From an uncultured Candidatus Binatia bacterium (lineage in GTDB: Bacteria > Desulfobacterota > Binatia > UBA9968 > CAXXLF01): a stretch of DNA of 64,000 bases. Positions 55,411 through 64,000 of the stretch are shown here, in pieces; the stretch's first letter is position 1, and each line of letters opens with the position of its first letter. Under the pieces are notes generated by a model, which saw only the letters and a list, made by a program, of their open reading frames with translations, was not told the origin of the DNA and ran no database searches. Where the stretch lies: the NCBI GenBank assembly GCA_965218425.1, contig OZ244621.1, positions 2,240,001 to 2,304,000 on the forward strand, read 5' to 3'. The translations under genes and the position numbers were made by a program.

Positions 55411-56895
55411 ATGGCTTTAGGGACGGCTGAGATTGTGAAAGACGGCACCGATAAACCTTCGCAGGCCCCCCTGCTTCTGACCCGCGACCTGCATGGTTTT
55501 GTCCGGGAGTACGAGCGGGCCTATCCCGACGAGGTGGTGCACATCGAGAAACCGGTCGACGGCAAATGGGAGATCACCGCTCTGACCATGAAGCTGGAGC
55601 AGGCGAAGCGGTTCCCTTTGCTGGTCTTCCATAACGTCCTCATTAACGGCAAGCGGGCGGAGATGCCGCTGATGACCTTCATGATGGCAAGCCGCCTCAG
55701 GCTCGCTCGCGCCATGGGGGTTACGGTGCAGGAGGCCGGGATAGACTGTTTCGAGCGGGTGCAGCGGCGCGTGAAGCCCGTGGTGGTCTCCCGGTCGAGA
55801 GCCCCGGTCAAACAAGTGATCGAGAAAGGGGCGGAGATAGACGTTCGGCGCTTTCCCGCGCCTCACCATCACAAGATGGATCCCGGAAGGTACATCACCG
55901 AGGGACTGTTTCTGACCTTCAACCGCACGAGCGGCCTCGACAATTCCGCGTATCATCGCGGCTGGCTCTCGGGACGCGACGAGATTCGCGTCCACCTGGG
56001 TCCCCATTCACACAACAGACGCAATCTCCGGGAGTACGAAGGGGCCGGCGAGGACATGCCCGCCGCCTATTGGATCGGCCATCACCCGCTGGTCCTCCTG
56101 GGCGCGGAAAACCATATCGGACCCGATGAGAGCCATTACGAGACCGCCGGGGGGACCCTGGGCAGTCCCATGAGGCTCGCACCGTCGGAAACTCTGGGAG
56201 AGAACTTTCTCGTGCCTGCGGACGCCGAAGTGGTCATCGAAGGCTACGTGCCCCGCAACCTGCGGGGGCCCGAGGGACCCTTCGGGGAATTCACGCGCTA
56301 CGTGGGGCCCCAGAACTGGGGGCCGATGTTCAAGGTCACTGCGGTCACCCGCCGCCGGGACGCCTACTGGGACGACGTCATGGTCGGGCACACCCACTGG
56401 CTGAGCAGCCTGACCAAGGAAGGCGACGTGCTCCGGGCCGTGCGTAAGCTCGTCCCGGGCGCCAAAGCCGCCCATGCCCCTATGTCCGGGTGCGGCGTGA
56501 TGCACATGTACCTCCAGATCAAAAAGACCCTGGAAGACCACGGCAGGTCGGCCGCCATCGCGGCGTTCGGCTCGAGCCCCGGGATCAAGCATGTGTTCGT
56601 CTTCGACGAGGACGTGGATATCTTCCAGGAGAAGGAGGTCCTCCTGGCGCTCGCCACCCGATTCCAGGCGGACCGCGGCCTCATCGTCTTGAACGACATG
56701 ATCGGCACCGCCCTGGACCCCAGCTCCCCTGGAAAGACCCGAACAACCAAGATCGCCTTCGACTGCACCAAGCCGTTGGGCAAGCCCTTCGCCGAGCGAC
56801 TATCGATCCCGGAGGAGATCCTCGAAAAGATGGACCCGCTGGAGCTGGTGGGAGGGGATCGTTTCGAAAAGATCCCCATGGAGCCCTGGGGTTAA
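55411..56895 (+). CDS. UbiD-family prenylated-FMN decarboxylase
   Basis: D.GRYIT; VPADAEVVIEG; EGPFGEFT; DEDVDI; ALATRFQAD; K..FDCTKP. Confidence 0.92.
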   Translation: MALGTAEIVKDGTDKPSQAPLLLTRDLHGFVREYERAYPDEVVHIEKPVDGKWEITALTMKLEQAKRFPLLVFHNVLINGKRAEMPLMTFMMASRLRLARAMGVTVQEAGIDCFERVQRRVKPVVVSRSRAPVKQVIEKGAEIDVRRFPAPHHHKMDPGRYITEGLFLTFNRTSGLDNSAYHRGWLSGRDEIRVHLGPHSHNRRNLREYEGAGEDMPAAYWIGHHPLVLLGAENHIGPDESHYETAGGTLGSPMRLAPSETLGENFLVPADAEVVIEGYVPRNLRGPEGPFGEFTRYVGPQNWGPMFKVTAVTRRRDAYWDDVMVGHTHWLSSLTKEGDVLRAVRKLVPGAKAAHAPMSGCGVMHMYLQIKKTLEDHGRSAAIAAFGSSPGIKHVFVFDEDVDIFQEKEVLLALATRFQADRGLIVLNDMIGTALDPSSPGKTRTTKIAFDCTKPLGKPFAERLSIPEEILEKMDPLELVGGDRFEKIPMEPWG

Positions 56896-57004
56896 AAGAG
56901 ATTAGCTGAGGGAGATCCCAAACCGAAGGCGACCTCGCTTACGTTGATTCCCTCCGGGCTATTTGCAAACGGCAATAAGGCAAGCCTGCCCCCTCCAAGT
57001 CGTT

Positions 57005-60001
57005 TCAGGCCTCGGGCCGTTCGTACGTCAGACCGAACACCGTGTCCGTCATCCAACGCCGAAAAGACTCGTTGTCCATGAACTGCTTGAAAAGCTCGGT
57101 GTCGTCCTTGAGCACGGCCGTCATCACGCGCGCCAATGCCTTATCGTGCTCGATACGGGCGTTCTGCTTGTCGGAGTTCCGCTTCGCGTTCCGGTAGGCC
57201 GTGTCCGCCGCGACGCGATTCGGGATGTCCTCGGTGATCAGCCTGTGCACCCGGTCCGAGTCGGTCCACCGGATATTCCCGAACATCTCGTTGAAGGTCT
57301 TGAGGATGTTCGAGAGGCGGTCGAGTTCGGGTTCAGGTTTACGGCCGCCGCCGCCGGCCGGCACCGGCCCGATCTCGGCTTCCTCGTCCGGCAGTCGGAC
57401 CTGCATCGCCGCCTTCTTCTCGACCCGGTAGCTGTCCATGTCGATGGACTCAAGGATGCCTCTGGACAGATCCTCTTCCACGGGCGCGGGGAGCTTCGGC
57501 ACGAGGAAGTTCAGGAAGATGGAGAGCCTCTCCCACTCGGCGTTCGTGTAGGGCAGGATAGCGGCGAGGAAGTCGTACGCGCGCCCGAACGCCTTGGCCT
57601 TGCCCTTGAAGTCCACCTGCCCGTCCTCGTCGAGCTGCTCCCTGTAATGCGCAACGCAGGCGTCGAGGATGGGGTCGAGCCGGTCGCGGTCGGCCCCACC
57701 GAGGTAGAGCGTCACGAGCCGGTCGATCTCCGCGTCGGCATAGACCTGGTAGCCGTCGAGGGCGGCCTTGAGGTCGTGCAGCTTGTTGGGATCGGTCTCC
57801 TCGCTCAGGATCGTCGTCCGGTAGTAGTCGGCGAACGCCGCTTGGATGGTGTTGGCATCGTTCATGAAGTCGAGGACGAACACGTCGTGTTTCTGCGGGT
57901 GCGCCCGGTTGAGACGCGACAGCGTCTGGACCGCCTTGATCCCGGACAGGACCTTGTCCACGTACATCGTGTGCAACAGCGGCTCGTCGTACCCGGTCTG
58001 GAACTTGTCGGCGCAAATGAGGAACCGATACGGGTCCTGCCGGATCTCGTCGGCGATCCGCCCGGGCGGGAAGCCGTTGAGGGACGCCTCACTGACCTTA
58101 CCCCCGCCATACTCGTGCTCGCCCGAGAAGGCCACGATGGCCTGATACGGGCTCCTGCGCTCCAGGAGGTACTGCCGGATCGCGTGGTAATACTGGACCG
58201 CGCGCTCGATGCCGCCCGTCACCACCATCGCGCGGGCCTTGCCGCCGATCTTGTGGAGCGCCAGCACCTGTTCGTGGAAGTGGTCCACCATGATCTCGGC
58301 CTTGAGCCGGACGGCATGGTCGTGGCTCTCGACGTAGCGGCGCAGCTTCTTGCGGGCGCGCTTGGTGTCGAACTCGGGATCACCCTCGATCTTCTTGACG
58401 AGCTTGTAGTAGCTCTCGACCGGCGTGTAGCGCCCGAGCACGTCCAGGATGAAGCCCTCCTGGATCGCCTGCTTCATGGTGTAGCCGTGGAACGGTCGGC
58501 GCCTGGTCTTCCCGCCCGCGTCGTACGCTTCGCCGAAGGTCTCCAGCGTCTTGTTCTTGGGCGTGGCGGTGAAGGCGAAGTAGCTCGCGTTCGTGAGGAG
58601 CTTCCGCGCGTCCATGATGCGGTTGATCATGTCCTCGGCGGTCTCGTCCTCCTCCTCGGCGCCCGCCTCGGAGAGCGCCATGTTGAGCGCTGCCGAGGTC
58701 CTGCCGCCCTGGCTGGAATGCGCCTCGTCGATGATGATGGCGAAGCGCCGGCCCCGCTGCTCGTTCCCGATCTCTTCGAGGATGAACGGGAACTTCTGCA
58801 CCGTCGAGATGATGATCTTCTTGCCGCTCTCGATAAACGCGCGGAGGTCGCCCGAGCGTTCGGCGTGACCGACGGTGGCCCCGACCTGGGCGAACTGCTT
58901 GACCGTGTCGCGGATCTGCTTGTCGAGGATGCGCCGGTCGGTTACCACGATGATGGAGTCGAACGCCTCCGCGCCGTCTTTCCTGAGCCCGATCAACTGG
59001 TGGGCGAGCCAGGCGATGGAGTTGGACTTCCCGCTGCCGGCCGAGTGCTCGATGAGATACCGTTTCCCTGCGTCGTGCCGGCCGACGTCCGCCAAGAGGT
59101 TCCGCACCACGTCGAGCTGGTGGTAGCGCGGCCAGATCTGCACCGCACTCCTCTTGCCCGTCTTCTCATCCTTGGCCTCGACGACCTGCGCATAGTTCTC
59201 CAGGATGTCGGTCAGCCCGTTGCGGGTAAGCAGGCGCTTCCAGAGGTAGTCGGTCTTGAGGCCGTTCGGGTTGGGCGGATTGCCCGCGCCGTCGTTCCAG
59301 CCCAGGTTGAAGGGCAGGAACCACGAACCCTTGCCCTTGAGGTGCGTGCAGAACCGCACCTCGTGGTCGTCCACCGCGAAGTGCGCCACGCAGCGGCCAA
59401 ACTCGAAGAGCTTCTCGCGCGGGTCGCGGTCGCGTTTGTATTGCTGGACGGCGTCCTCGACAGTCTGCTTGGTGAGGCTGTTCTTCAGCTCGAAGGTGGC
59501 TACCGGCAGGCCGTTGATGAACAGGCCCAGGTCGAGAGCGAGCTGCGTCTCGTCGCGGCTGTAGCGGAGCTGGCGCGTGACCGAGAAGCGGTTCTGGGCG
59601 TAGCGTTCAGCGGCGAGGGGGTTGCCGGGAGACGGCGCGCCGTAGAAGAGTTCGGCGTGATGCGGCCCGTCCTTGACCCCCTTGCGGAGCACGTCGATGA
59701 CGCCGCGCTTGCCGACCTCGCCTTGAAGACGCGCCAGGAACTTGCGCCGCGTCGGGCCGTCCTCTTCCAGGGCGAGCACCTCGGACGCCTTCGGTTGCGT
59801 CTCCCGCAGGAACTCCGAGAGCTGGACCAGGTCCACGCAATACTCCCGGTCGTAGTCGTTCGGGTTGCCGCAGATCCAGCCGGCGCCATAGGCGGCCGGA
59901 CGCTCGCGCACCACGCCCGCTTGCGCCGGATCGCAGGGGGCTCCCGTCAGAGCCGCGCAGATGAGGCTTTCAAGTCCCTTCTCGCCGGTGTCGGTGGTCA
60001 C
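57005..60001 (-). CDS. hsdR: Type I restriction endonuclease subunit R
   Basis: D..LFINGLP..FELK; HSAGSGKS; DEAH; FTATP; KFQTGYD.P; QTLSRLNR. Confidence 0.96.
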   Translation of the reverse strand: MTTDTGEKGLESLICAALTGAPCDPAQAGVVRERPAAYGAGWICGNPNDYDREYCVDLVQLSEFLRETQPKASEVLALEEDGPTRRKFLARLQGEVGKRGVIDVLRKGVKDGPHHAELFYGAPSPGNPLAAERYAQNRFSVTRQLRYSRDETQLALDLGLFINGLPVATFELKNSLTKQTVEDAVQQYKRDRDPREKLFEFGRCVAHFAVDDHEVRFCTHLKGKGSWFLPFNLGWNDGAGNPPNPNGLKTDYLWKRLLTRNGLTDILENYAQVVEAKDEKTGKRSAVQIWPRYHQLDVVRNLLADVGRHDAGKRYLIEHSAGSGKSNSIAWLAHQLIGLRKDGAEAFDSIIVVTDRRILDKQIRDTVKQFAQVGATVGHAERSGDLRAFIESGKKIIISTVQKFPFILEEIGNEQRGRRFAIIIDEAHSSQGGRTSAALNMALSEAGAEEEDETAEDMINRIMDARKLLTNASYFAFTATPKNKTLETFGEAYDAGGKTRRRPFHGYTMKQAIQEGFILDVLGRYTPVESYYKLVKKIEGDPEFDTKRARKKLRRYVESHDHAVRLKAEIMVDHFHEQVLALHKIGGKARAMVVTGGIERAVQYYHAIRQYLLERRSPYQAIVAFSGEHEYGGGKVSEASLNGFPPGRIADEIRQDPYRFLICADKFQTGYDEPLLHTMYVDKVLSGIKAVQTLSRLNRAHPQKHDVFVLDFMNDANTIQAAFADYYRTTILSEETDPNKLHDLKAALDGYQVYADAEIDRLVTLYLGGADRDRLDPILDACVAHYREQLDEDGQVDFKGKAKAFGRAYDFLAAILPYTNAEWERLSIFLNFLVPKLPAPVEEDLSRGILESIDMDSYRVEKKAAMQVRLPDEEAEIGPVPAGGGGRKPEPELDRLSNILKTFNEMFGNIRWTDSDRVHRLITEDIPNRVAADTAYRNAKRNSDKQNARIEHDKALARVMTAVLKDDTELFKQFMDNESFRRWMTDTVFGLTYERPEA

Positions 60002-60019
60002 GCTATCCCTCTTCCATCT

Positions 60020-60337
60020 TCAGATCGGGACCTCTCTCAGTTCACCGGGGCGTATTTCGTCAAGGACAGTGCGATTCTCTTCTATCCGCGGCTGGATATA
60101 GGGCCATGCCGTGGACAGCAGGACGACAATCGCCAGTCGCCTATCTGTGAGATTCCGCTGGTATCGCATATTCTGGTCAGTGGTGATGAGGACTTCGTAG
60201 CCTTCCTGCTCGGCCTCCTCAACCAAGTCTCCATTTCCGAGTCCTGACTATCCTTGCTCCGCTGCCGTATCCACCGAGTGTCCGTGCAGATGCCCTCGAA
60301 GCGGCTTAGGCGTTCCCTGGTCGAATAGAATCTTCAC
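60020..60337 (-). pseudogene. DUF5615/PIN-like toxin with a nonsense codon
   Basis: MKILFDQGTP.PLR..QG-TAG(60248)-SGL.NG.L; ITTDQN. Confidence 0.8.
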
Positions 60338-60561
60338 GGTTCTACGGAAACTTTGAGGGACTTTGCCGCGTGTTCGAGAACGGCTCTGACCTTCCATTCC
60401 TCCACGCCCTCGAACCAATCCAGGAACTGTTCTATCGTGGCGCCGCTCTCAAGGTTCTCGAAGAGGGCAGATACGGGCACTCTGGTTCCGGTGAACACCC
60501 AGGCTCCACTAAGCCTGCCGGGTACGCTTTCGACTGCCGGGCACTTTCCCCAGTCCGTCAT
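60334..60561 (-). CDS. DUF433 antitoxin
   Basis: SGAWVF.GTRVPV.ALFENL..G....FL.WF. Confidence 0.9.
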   Translation of the reverse strand: MTDWGKCPAVESVPGRLSGAWVFTGTRVPVSALFENLESGATIEQFLDWFEGVEEWKVRAVLEHAAKSLKVSVEP

Positions 60562-61364
60562 ACCGTCACCTCGGCAGGAGGGTGTAGGTTTCTATCTACA
60601 CGGTCTGTCAATGGGCCGTCTTCCTCTGACGAGTCCTGCTCGTCCGCCTCATCGGGCAACCGTGCCGCCGCTTCGCGAACGTCGAGCTTGCCGGTGACCA
60701 CGTCGGCGATGAGGCGGGTGCGGTACTCGCGGAGGAGGTTGATTTGGTGCTGGGCGCGGTCAATAGCAACGTCGATAATGGCGGCAGCTTTGTCGAGATA
60801 CGTAACGATGGCGGCTTGTTCGGGGAGGGGGGGTAAAGCAAGGATGAGAGCTTTGACCATGCCCGAGTTAAGCCCGCGCATGATCGAACCCTTCCCCGCA
60901 ACCGCGATCTGCTTCTTCACATAGGTGGACTCGTCAATAAGCCGCGAGGCGAATCTGACATTGATGCTAACGTCAGTTCGCAATCGAAGGAGATGCGAAT
61001 CCATGATACCCATGGGGGCATCGTCAGGAACATAGGTACACCTTCCGGTTGTTCCCATCATCGTCACCAACAGATCATTTGGGAGCACTTTGCAAGCGGA
61101 TAGTTCGTTGAATTTCTCTTGGTCGACGAATTTCGTGCCGCGATCAAAGTCCCTGGCAATGACGTTGGCCTGGCCGTACACTTTGTAACCCGATGGTGAC
61201 ATCTGTTCGAGCTTCAGTTGGCTGCCGAAAGGGCCGATCTTAATCCCGTCATAAGTGCGGAGCTTTCGGCGAAGTGCGTCAACCTCCCAATGCACTGGAA
61301 CCTCGCCCAGCCATGGCACGCCAGAGTCCTTCATCGCGGGGTAGGGCTTGAGATCGGCGATCAT
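60558..61364 (-). CDS. hsdS: Type I specificity subunit, single-TRD form
   Basis: KDSGVPWLGEVP.HW; one TRD; PPL.EQ..I; LL.EYRTRLI.D.VTGK. Confidence 0.85.
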   Translation of the reverse strand: MIADLKPYPAMKDSGVPWLGEVPVHWEVDALRRKLRTYDGIKIGPFGSQLKLEQMSPSGYKVYGQANVIARDFDRGTKFVDQEKFNELSACKVLPNDLLVTMMGTTGRCTYVPDDAPMGIMDSHLLRLRTDVSINVRFASRLIDESTYVKKQIAVAGKGSIMRGLNSGMVKALILALPPLPEQAAIVTYLDKAAAIIDVAIDRAQHQINLLREYRTRLIADVVTGKLDVREAAARLPDEADEQDSSEEDGPLTDRVDRNLHPPAEVTV

Positions 61365-61515
61365 GCTTCAGCCTCTCTGTTACCCATTTGCTTTTCGAAG
61401 GCTTGGCGCACGAGGCCCATCACGTAAGGCGGTTCGTCCGGCGTGCTCAAGACTACCTCCACGTCGCCGTTTCCACTGTGACCGATTCCCGTCATATCCC
61501 GAGCCTGACCCCTGG
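61361..61515 (-). pseudogene. C-terminal remnant resembling the DUF5655 tail of GmrSD-type (DUF262) nucleases
   Basis: GLARDMTGIGHSGNGDVEV.LS..DE.PYVMGLVRQAFEKQMGN; stop overlaps the hsdS ATG. Confidence 0.65.
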
Positions 61516-61689
61516 GACTGGTTGCATTTCATTGCGCCTGCATCGCGCTGCGTAGGCATTGAAGTTCTCCGGAAAAGCGCGTTTGAACTGAAGCGCAATT
61601 CCGCGCCCCATGACCCCGACGCAGTTGACGGTATTGACCAGAGCTTCGGCTTCTTCGGCGAGGATGTCGCCGGTCTTGTATTCGATCAT
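61516..61689 (-). pseudogene. darG: DarG macrodomain antitoxin, N-terminal ~57 aa only
   Basis: GDIL..AEALVNTVNCVGVMGRGIALQFK.AFPENF. Confidence 0.85.
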
Positions 61690-61707
61690 GGCCTTTCCCC
61701 TTCCTCG

Positions 61708-61820
61708 TCAGTAATACCACTCTTTCTTGATTTCAACAGGAGATCGTTCTCGGGAATGATAGAAGGCAGACGGTCTACATGGACGATGTGGTAGATCTTG
61801 GGATCGGCGGGTACCGGCAT
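61708..61820 (-). pseudogene. darT: DarT (DUF4433) toxin with a large internal deletion
   Basis: Start MPVPADPKIYHIVHVDRLPSII joined out of frame to terminal VEIKKEWYY*. Confidence 0.8.
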
Positions 61821-62326
61821 GGTCAGTACTCGGCATCCGACAGTTCGACATCTTGGTCAATGGGTTCGCGCCATTCCTCAAACTCATCGACTGGCTCCGG
61901 TCCCTCGACCTCGTCCGGGAGTCTTGCCGCCGCCTCGCGCACATCGAGCTTGCCGGTGACAATATCGGCGATGAGTCGGGTGCGGTATTCGCGGAGAAGG
62001 GCAAGTTCGCCGTGCGAGAGGTCAATAGCACGCCGTGCGTCTGCCGACTCTTTGCCGACGACCTCGACGATAGTGCGCTGCTCCTCCTGTGGCGGACACA
62101 GCAACTTGATACGAAGGAACTCCTCCGGGTACATCCTCAGTCGTGACGAGCGGATACCCGTTGACCGGCGGATGTACTCGCTCTTATATGACGCCGTACG
62201 CAGCAGGAGATCAGCGTACTCGGCAAGCAGTCTCGAAGAGCGGTGTGGTTGGTAGACAGTGACCTTGCCCCCTAAAACGAGTCCAGGTGAAATGTTAGGG
62301 ATTTTGATTTTAGGAAGGAGGCAAGG

Positions 62327-62605
62327 ATGGCAAGAAAGCGATTTACGGCCGAGCAGATTATCCTCAAGCTGCGTGAGGCGGAGGTGAGCTTGGCCCAAGG
62401 GAAGGCGGTGGGCCAGGTGTGCAAGCAGGTGGGGGTAACCGTGCAGACCTACTACCGGTGGAGGAAGGAATATGGAGGCCTGAAGATGGATCAGGCCAAG
62501 AGGCTCAAGGCCTTGGACAAGGAGAATGCGCGGTTGAAGAAGCTGGTGGCGGATCTATCGCTGGACAACCAGATCCTGAAGGAAGTGTCCTCGGGAAACT
62601 TCTAG
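62327..62605 (+). CDS. IS3 OrfA (HTH)
   Basis: [41 protein letters not shown] slippery site at 62593. Confidence 0.92.
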   Translation: MARKRFTAEQIILKLREAEVSLAQGKAVGQVCKQVGVTVQTYYRWRKEYGGLKMDQAKRLKALDKENARLKKLVADLSLDNQILKEVSSGNF

Positions 62606-63498
62606 GCCCGGCGAAGAGGAGACGAGCGGTGATATGGGCCAGAGAAAGATTGGGACCTGATCGAGTCTCCGAACGCCGGGCTTGCCAAGTGTTGGGACAG
62701 CCGCGATCGACGCAACGAAGAGTCCGAGAGATCCCGGAAGAGGAAGCAAGACTAGTGGCTCGGATGATGGAGCTGGCCAGCGAATACGGGCGATACGGCT
62801 ACCGGAGGATTACGGCCATGCTGCGTGGGGAGGGGTGGAAGGTCAACCACAAGCGAGTGGAGAGGCTCTGGAGGCAGGAAGGGCTGAAAGTCCTCAGCCG
62901 TCAGCCTAAGCGAGGGAGGCTCCGGTTGACTGATGGCTCCTGCATTCGCCTGAGACCGGCGCATCGAAACCATGTGTGGAGTTATGACTTCGTGCACGAG
63001 CGAACCGAAGACGGTCGGGCCTTTCGGCTGTTGAGCATCCTGGATGAATACACCCGGGAGTGCTTGGCGATTGATGTGGCCAGACGGATGAATCACCGGG
63101 ATGTGCTGGAACGGTTAGCGGAGCTATTCGTGGAACGGGGCGTGCCGCAGTCCCTTCGGTCCGACAATGGCCCCGAGTTTACGGCTCAGGCTATCCGGGA
63201 CTGGCTCAAGGCCATTGGTGTCAGGACACTCTACATCGAGCCTGGCAGTCCTTGGGAGAATGGCTACGTGGAGAGTTTTAACGGAAAACTCAGGGATGAG
63301 CTGCTCAACCGGGAGGTGTTTGAAACCCTGAGGGAAGCTCAGGTGCTGATCGAAAGATGGAGAAGAGAGTATAACCAGCGGCGGCCTCACAGCGCCCTGG
63401 GCTATCGTTCTCCGGCACCGGAGGCCTTTCTGCCCAGAGCGCAGGCTGGGAATTCATCCCCATGGGCTGGACTCCAGATAATTCCGGCTCTAACTTAA
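62602..63498 (+). CDS. IS3 OrfB DDE transposase, reached by -1 frameshift
   Basis: [43 protein letters not shown]. Confidence 0.92.
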   Translation, partial: LGPAKRRRAVIWARERLGPDRVSERRACQVLGQPRSTQRRVREIPEEEARLVARMMELASEYGRYGYRRITAMLRGEGWKVNHKRVERLWRQEGLKVLSRQPKRGRLRLTDGSCIRLRPAHRNHVWSYDFVHERTEDGRAFRLLSILDEYTRECLAIDVARRMNHRDVLERLAELFVERGVPQSLRSDNGPEFTAQAIRDWLKAIGVRTLYIEPGSPWENGYVESFNGKLRDELLNREVFETLREAQVLIERWRREYNQRRPHSALGYRSPAPEAFLPRAQAGNSSPWAGLQIIPALT

Positions 63499-64000
63499 AG
63501 GGTGGTACCACTCCTGGGGGCAGGTCAACAGCATACGAGGGGCTGACTATTCCAGTCTGCCTAGCAACGCCCAGAGCGCCCATCCAAGCCCACATCGTAT
63601 TGATGACCAGATCGCCGGGCCTACACAACTTGTGCCCGACGTTCGACACCGCCATAAACATCGTGATGTTCTTCTCACTTCGCGGCGTTACTCCGGTAAT
63701 GTGAGACACGGACAGCAATTCCTCTGAGCCGGTCTCAGAGCGCTCATCCGTTTCCCGGAAGCACCATTTCGCTGGCCTTATTTCCCAATGCGCCGGCACC
63801 TTTCCCAGCCACTCAACGCCGGAGTCCTTGTAGGCCGGGTAGGGCTGGCCGGTGCAGATGTCCACTTGGCCCGTGACGGCGCGGTGGATGATGGCCTGCT
63901 TCTGCTCCTCCAGCAACTTGATCAGCTTCTGCTTGGCGCGGATGTAGCGCCGGATGCGCCGGTCGGCGTGGTCGAGGAAGCGGACGATGGCAGCCTGTTC

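Larger units (their letters stand above)
62260..63527 (+). mobile_element. IS3-family element (IS407-group-like), 1268 bp, apparently intact
   Basis: TG...CA ends; IRs tgaccttgccccc / gggggcaggtca; ACAG duplicated at 62256-62259 and 63528-63531. Confidence 0.96.
61823..64000 (-). pseudogene. hsdS: Type I specificity subunit interrupted by IS3; 5' end outside window
   Basis: Removing 62260-63527 and one ACAG restores GIVSPSYAVYQP; conserved spacer EEQKQAIIHRAVTG..KDSGVEWLG. Confidence 0.92.

Noticed and set aside
56963..60247. 1094-aa + strand ORF
   Set aside because: Antisense shadow of GC-rich hsdR; no recognisable motifs.
60248..60250. In-frame TAG as pyrrolysine
   Set aside because: Position fits a Trp (TGG to TAG) in a toxin; no pyl context.

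Overview
GC-rich bacterial window. The gene content suggests a deltaproteobacterial/Binatia-like organism, possibly host-associated; this is inference only. It has three zones. (1) ~1-39.8 kb is a mosaic accessory island. It holds a Slam (type XI secretion) translocon, three intact and one decayed TbpB-barrel surface lipoproteins (one with a variable-length coiled-coil stalk and a triplicated promoter, one with a HEXXH metalloprotease motif), three small outer-membrane beta-barrels, MlaA, a TonB-dependent receptor, a quinol-type nitric oxide reductase, about eleven toxin-antitoxin loci or remnants, and IS91/IS481 relics. Cargo blocks are repeatedly bracketed by 45-300 bp imperfect direct repeats, with no integrase visible. 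(2) ~40-57 kb holds four genes split in the ORF track by in-frame TGA codons at catalytic Cys/Sec positions: a DUF3179 protein (UxxC), a class I flavin disulfide reductase (CxxxxU), GrdB (unusual UxxSxxS) and GrdA (CxxU). It also has grdE, grdC, an ArsS-like radical SAM enzyme, an ECF sigma/anti-sigma pair, and DUF255, GFA, BNR-MoaD and UbiD genes. (3) ~57-64 kb is a decaying type I restriction-modification locus: hsdR, a single-TRD hsdS, deleted darT/darG/GmrSD-type relics, and a second hsdS interrupted by an intact IS3-family element with a 4-bp target duplication. No rRNA, tRNA or CRISPR array was seen. Family assignments come from motif recognition by eye, not database searches.
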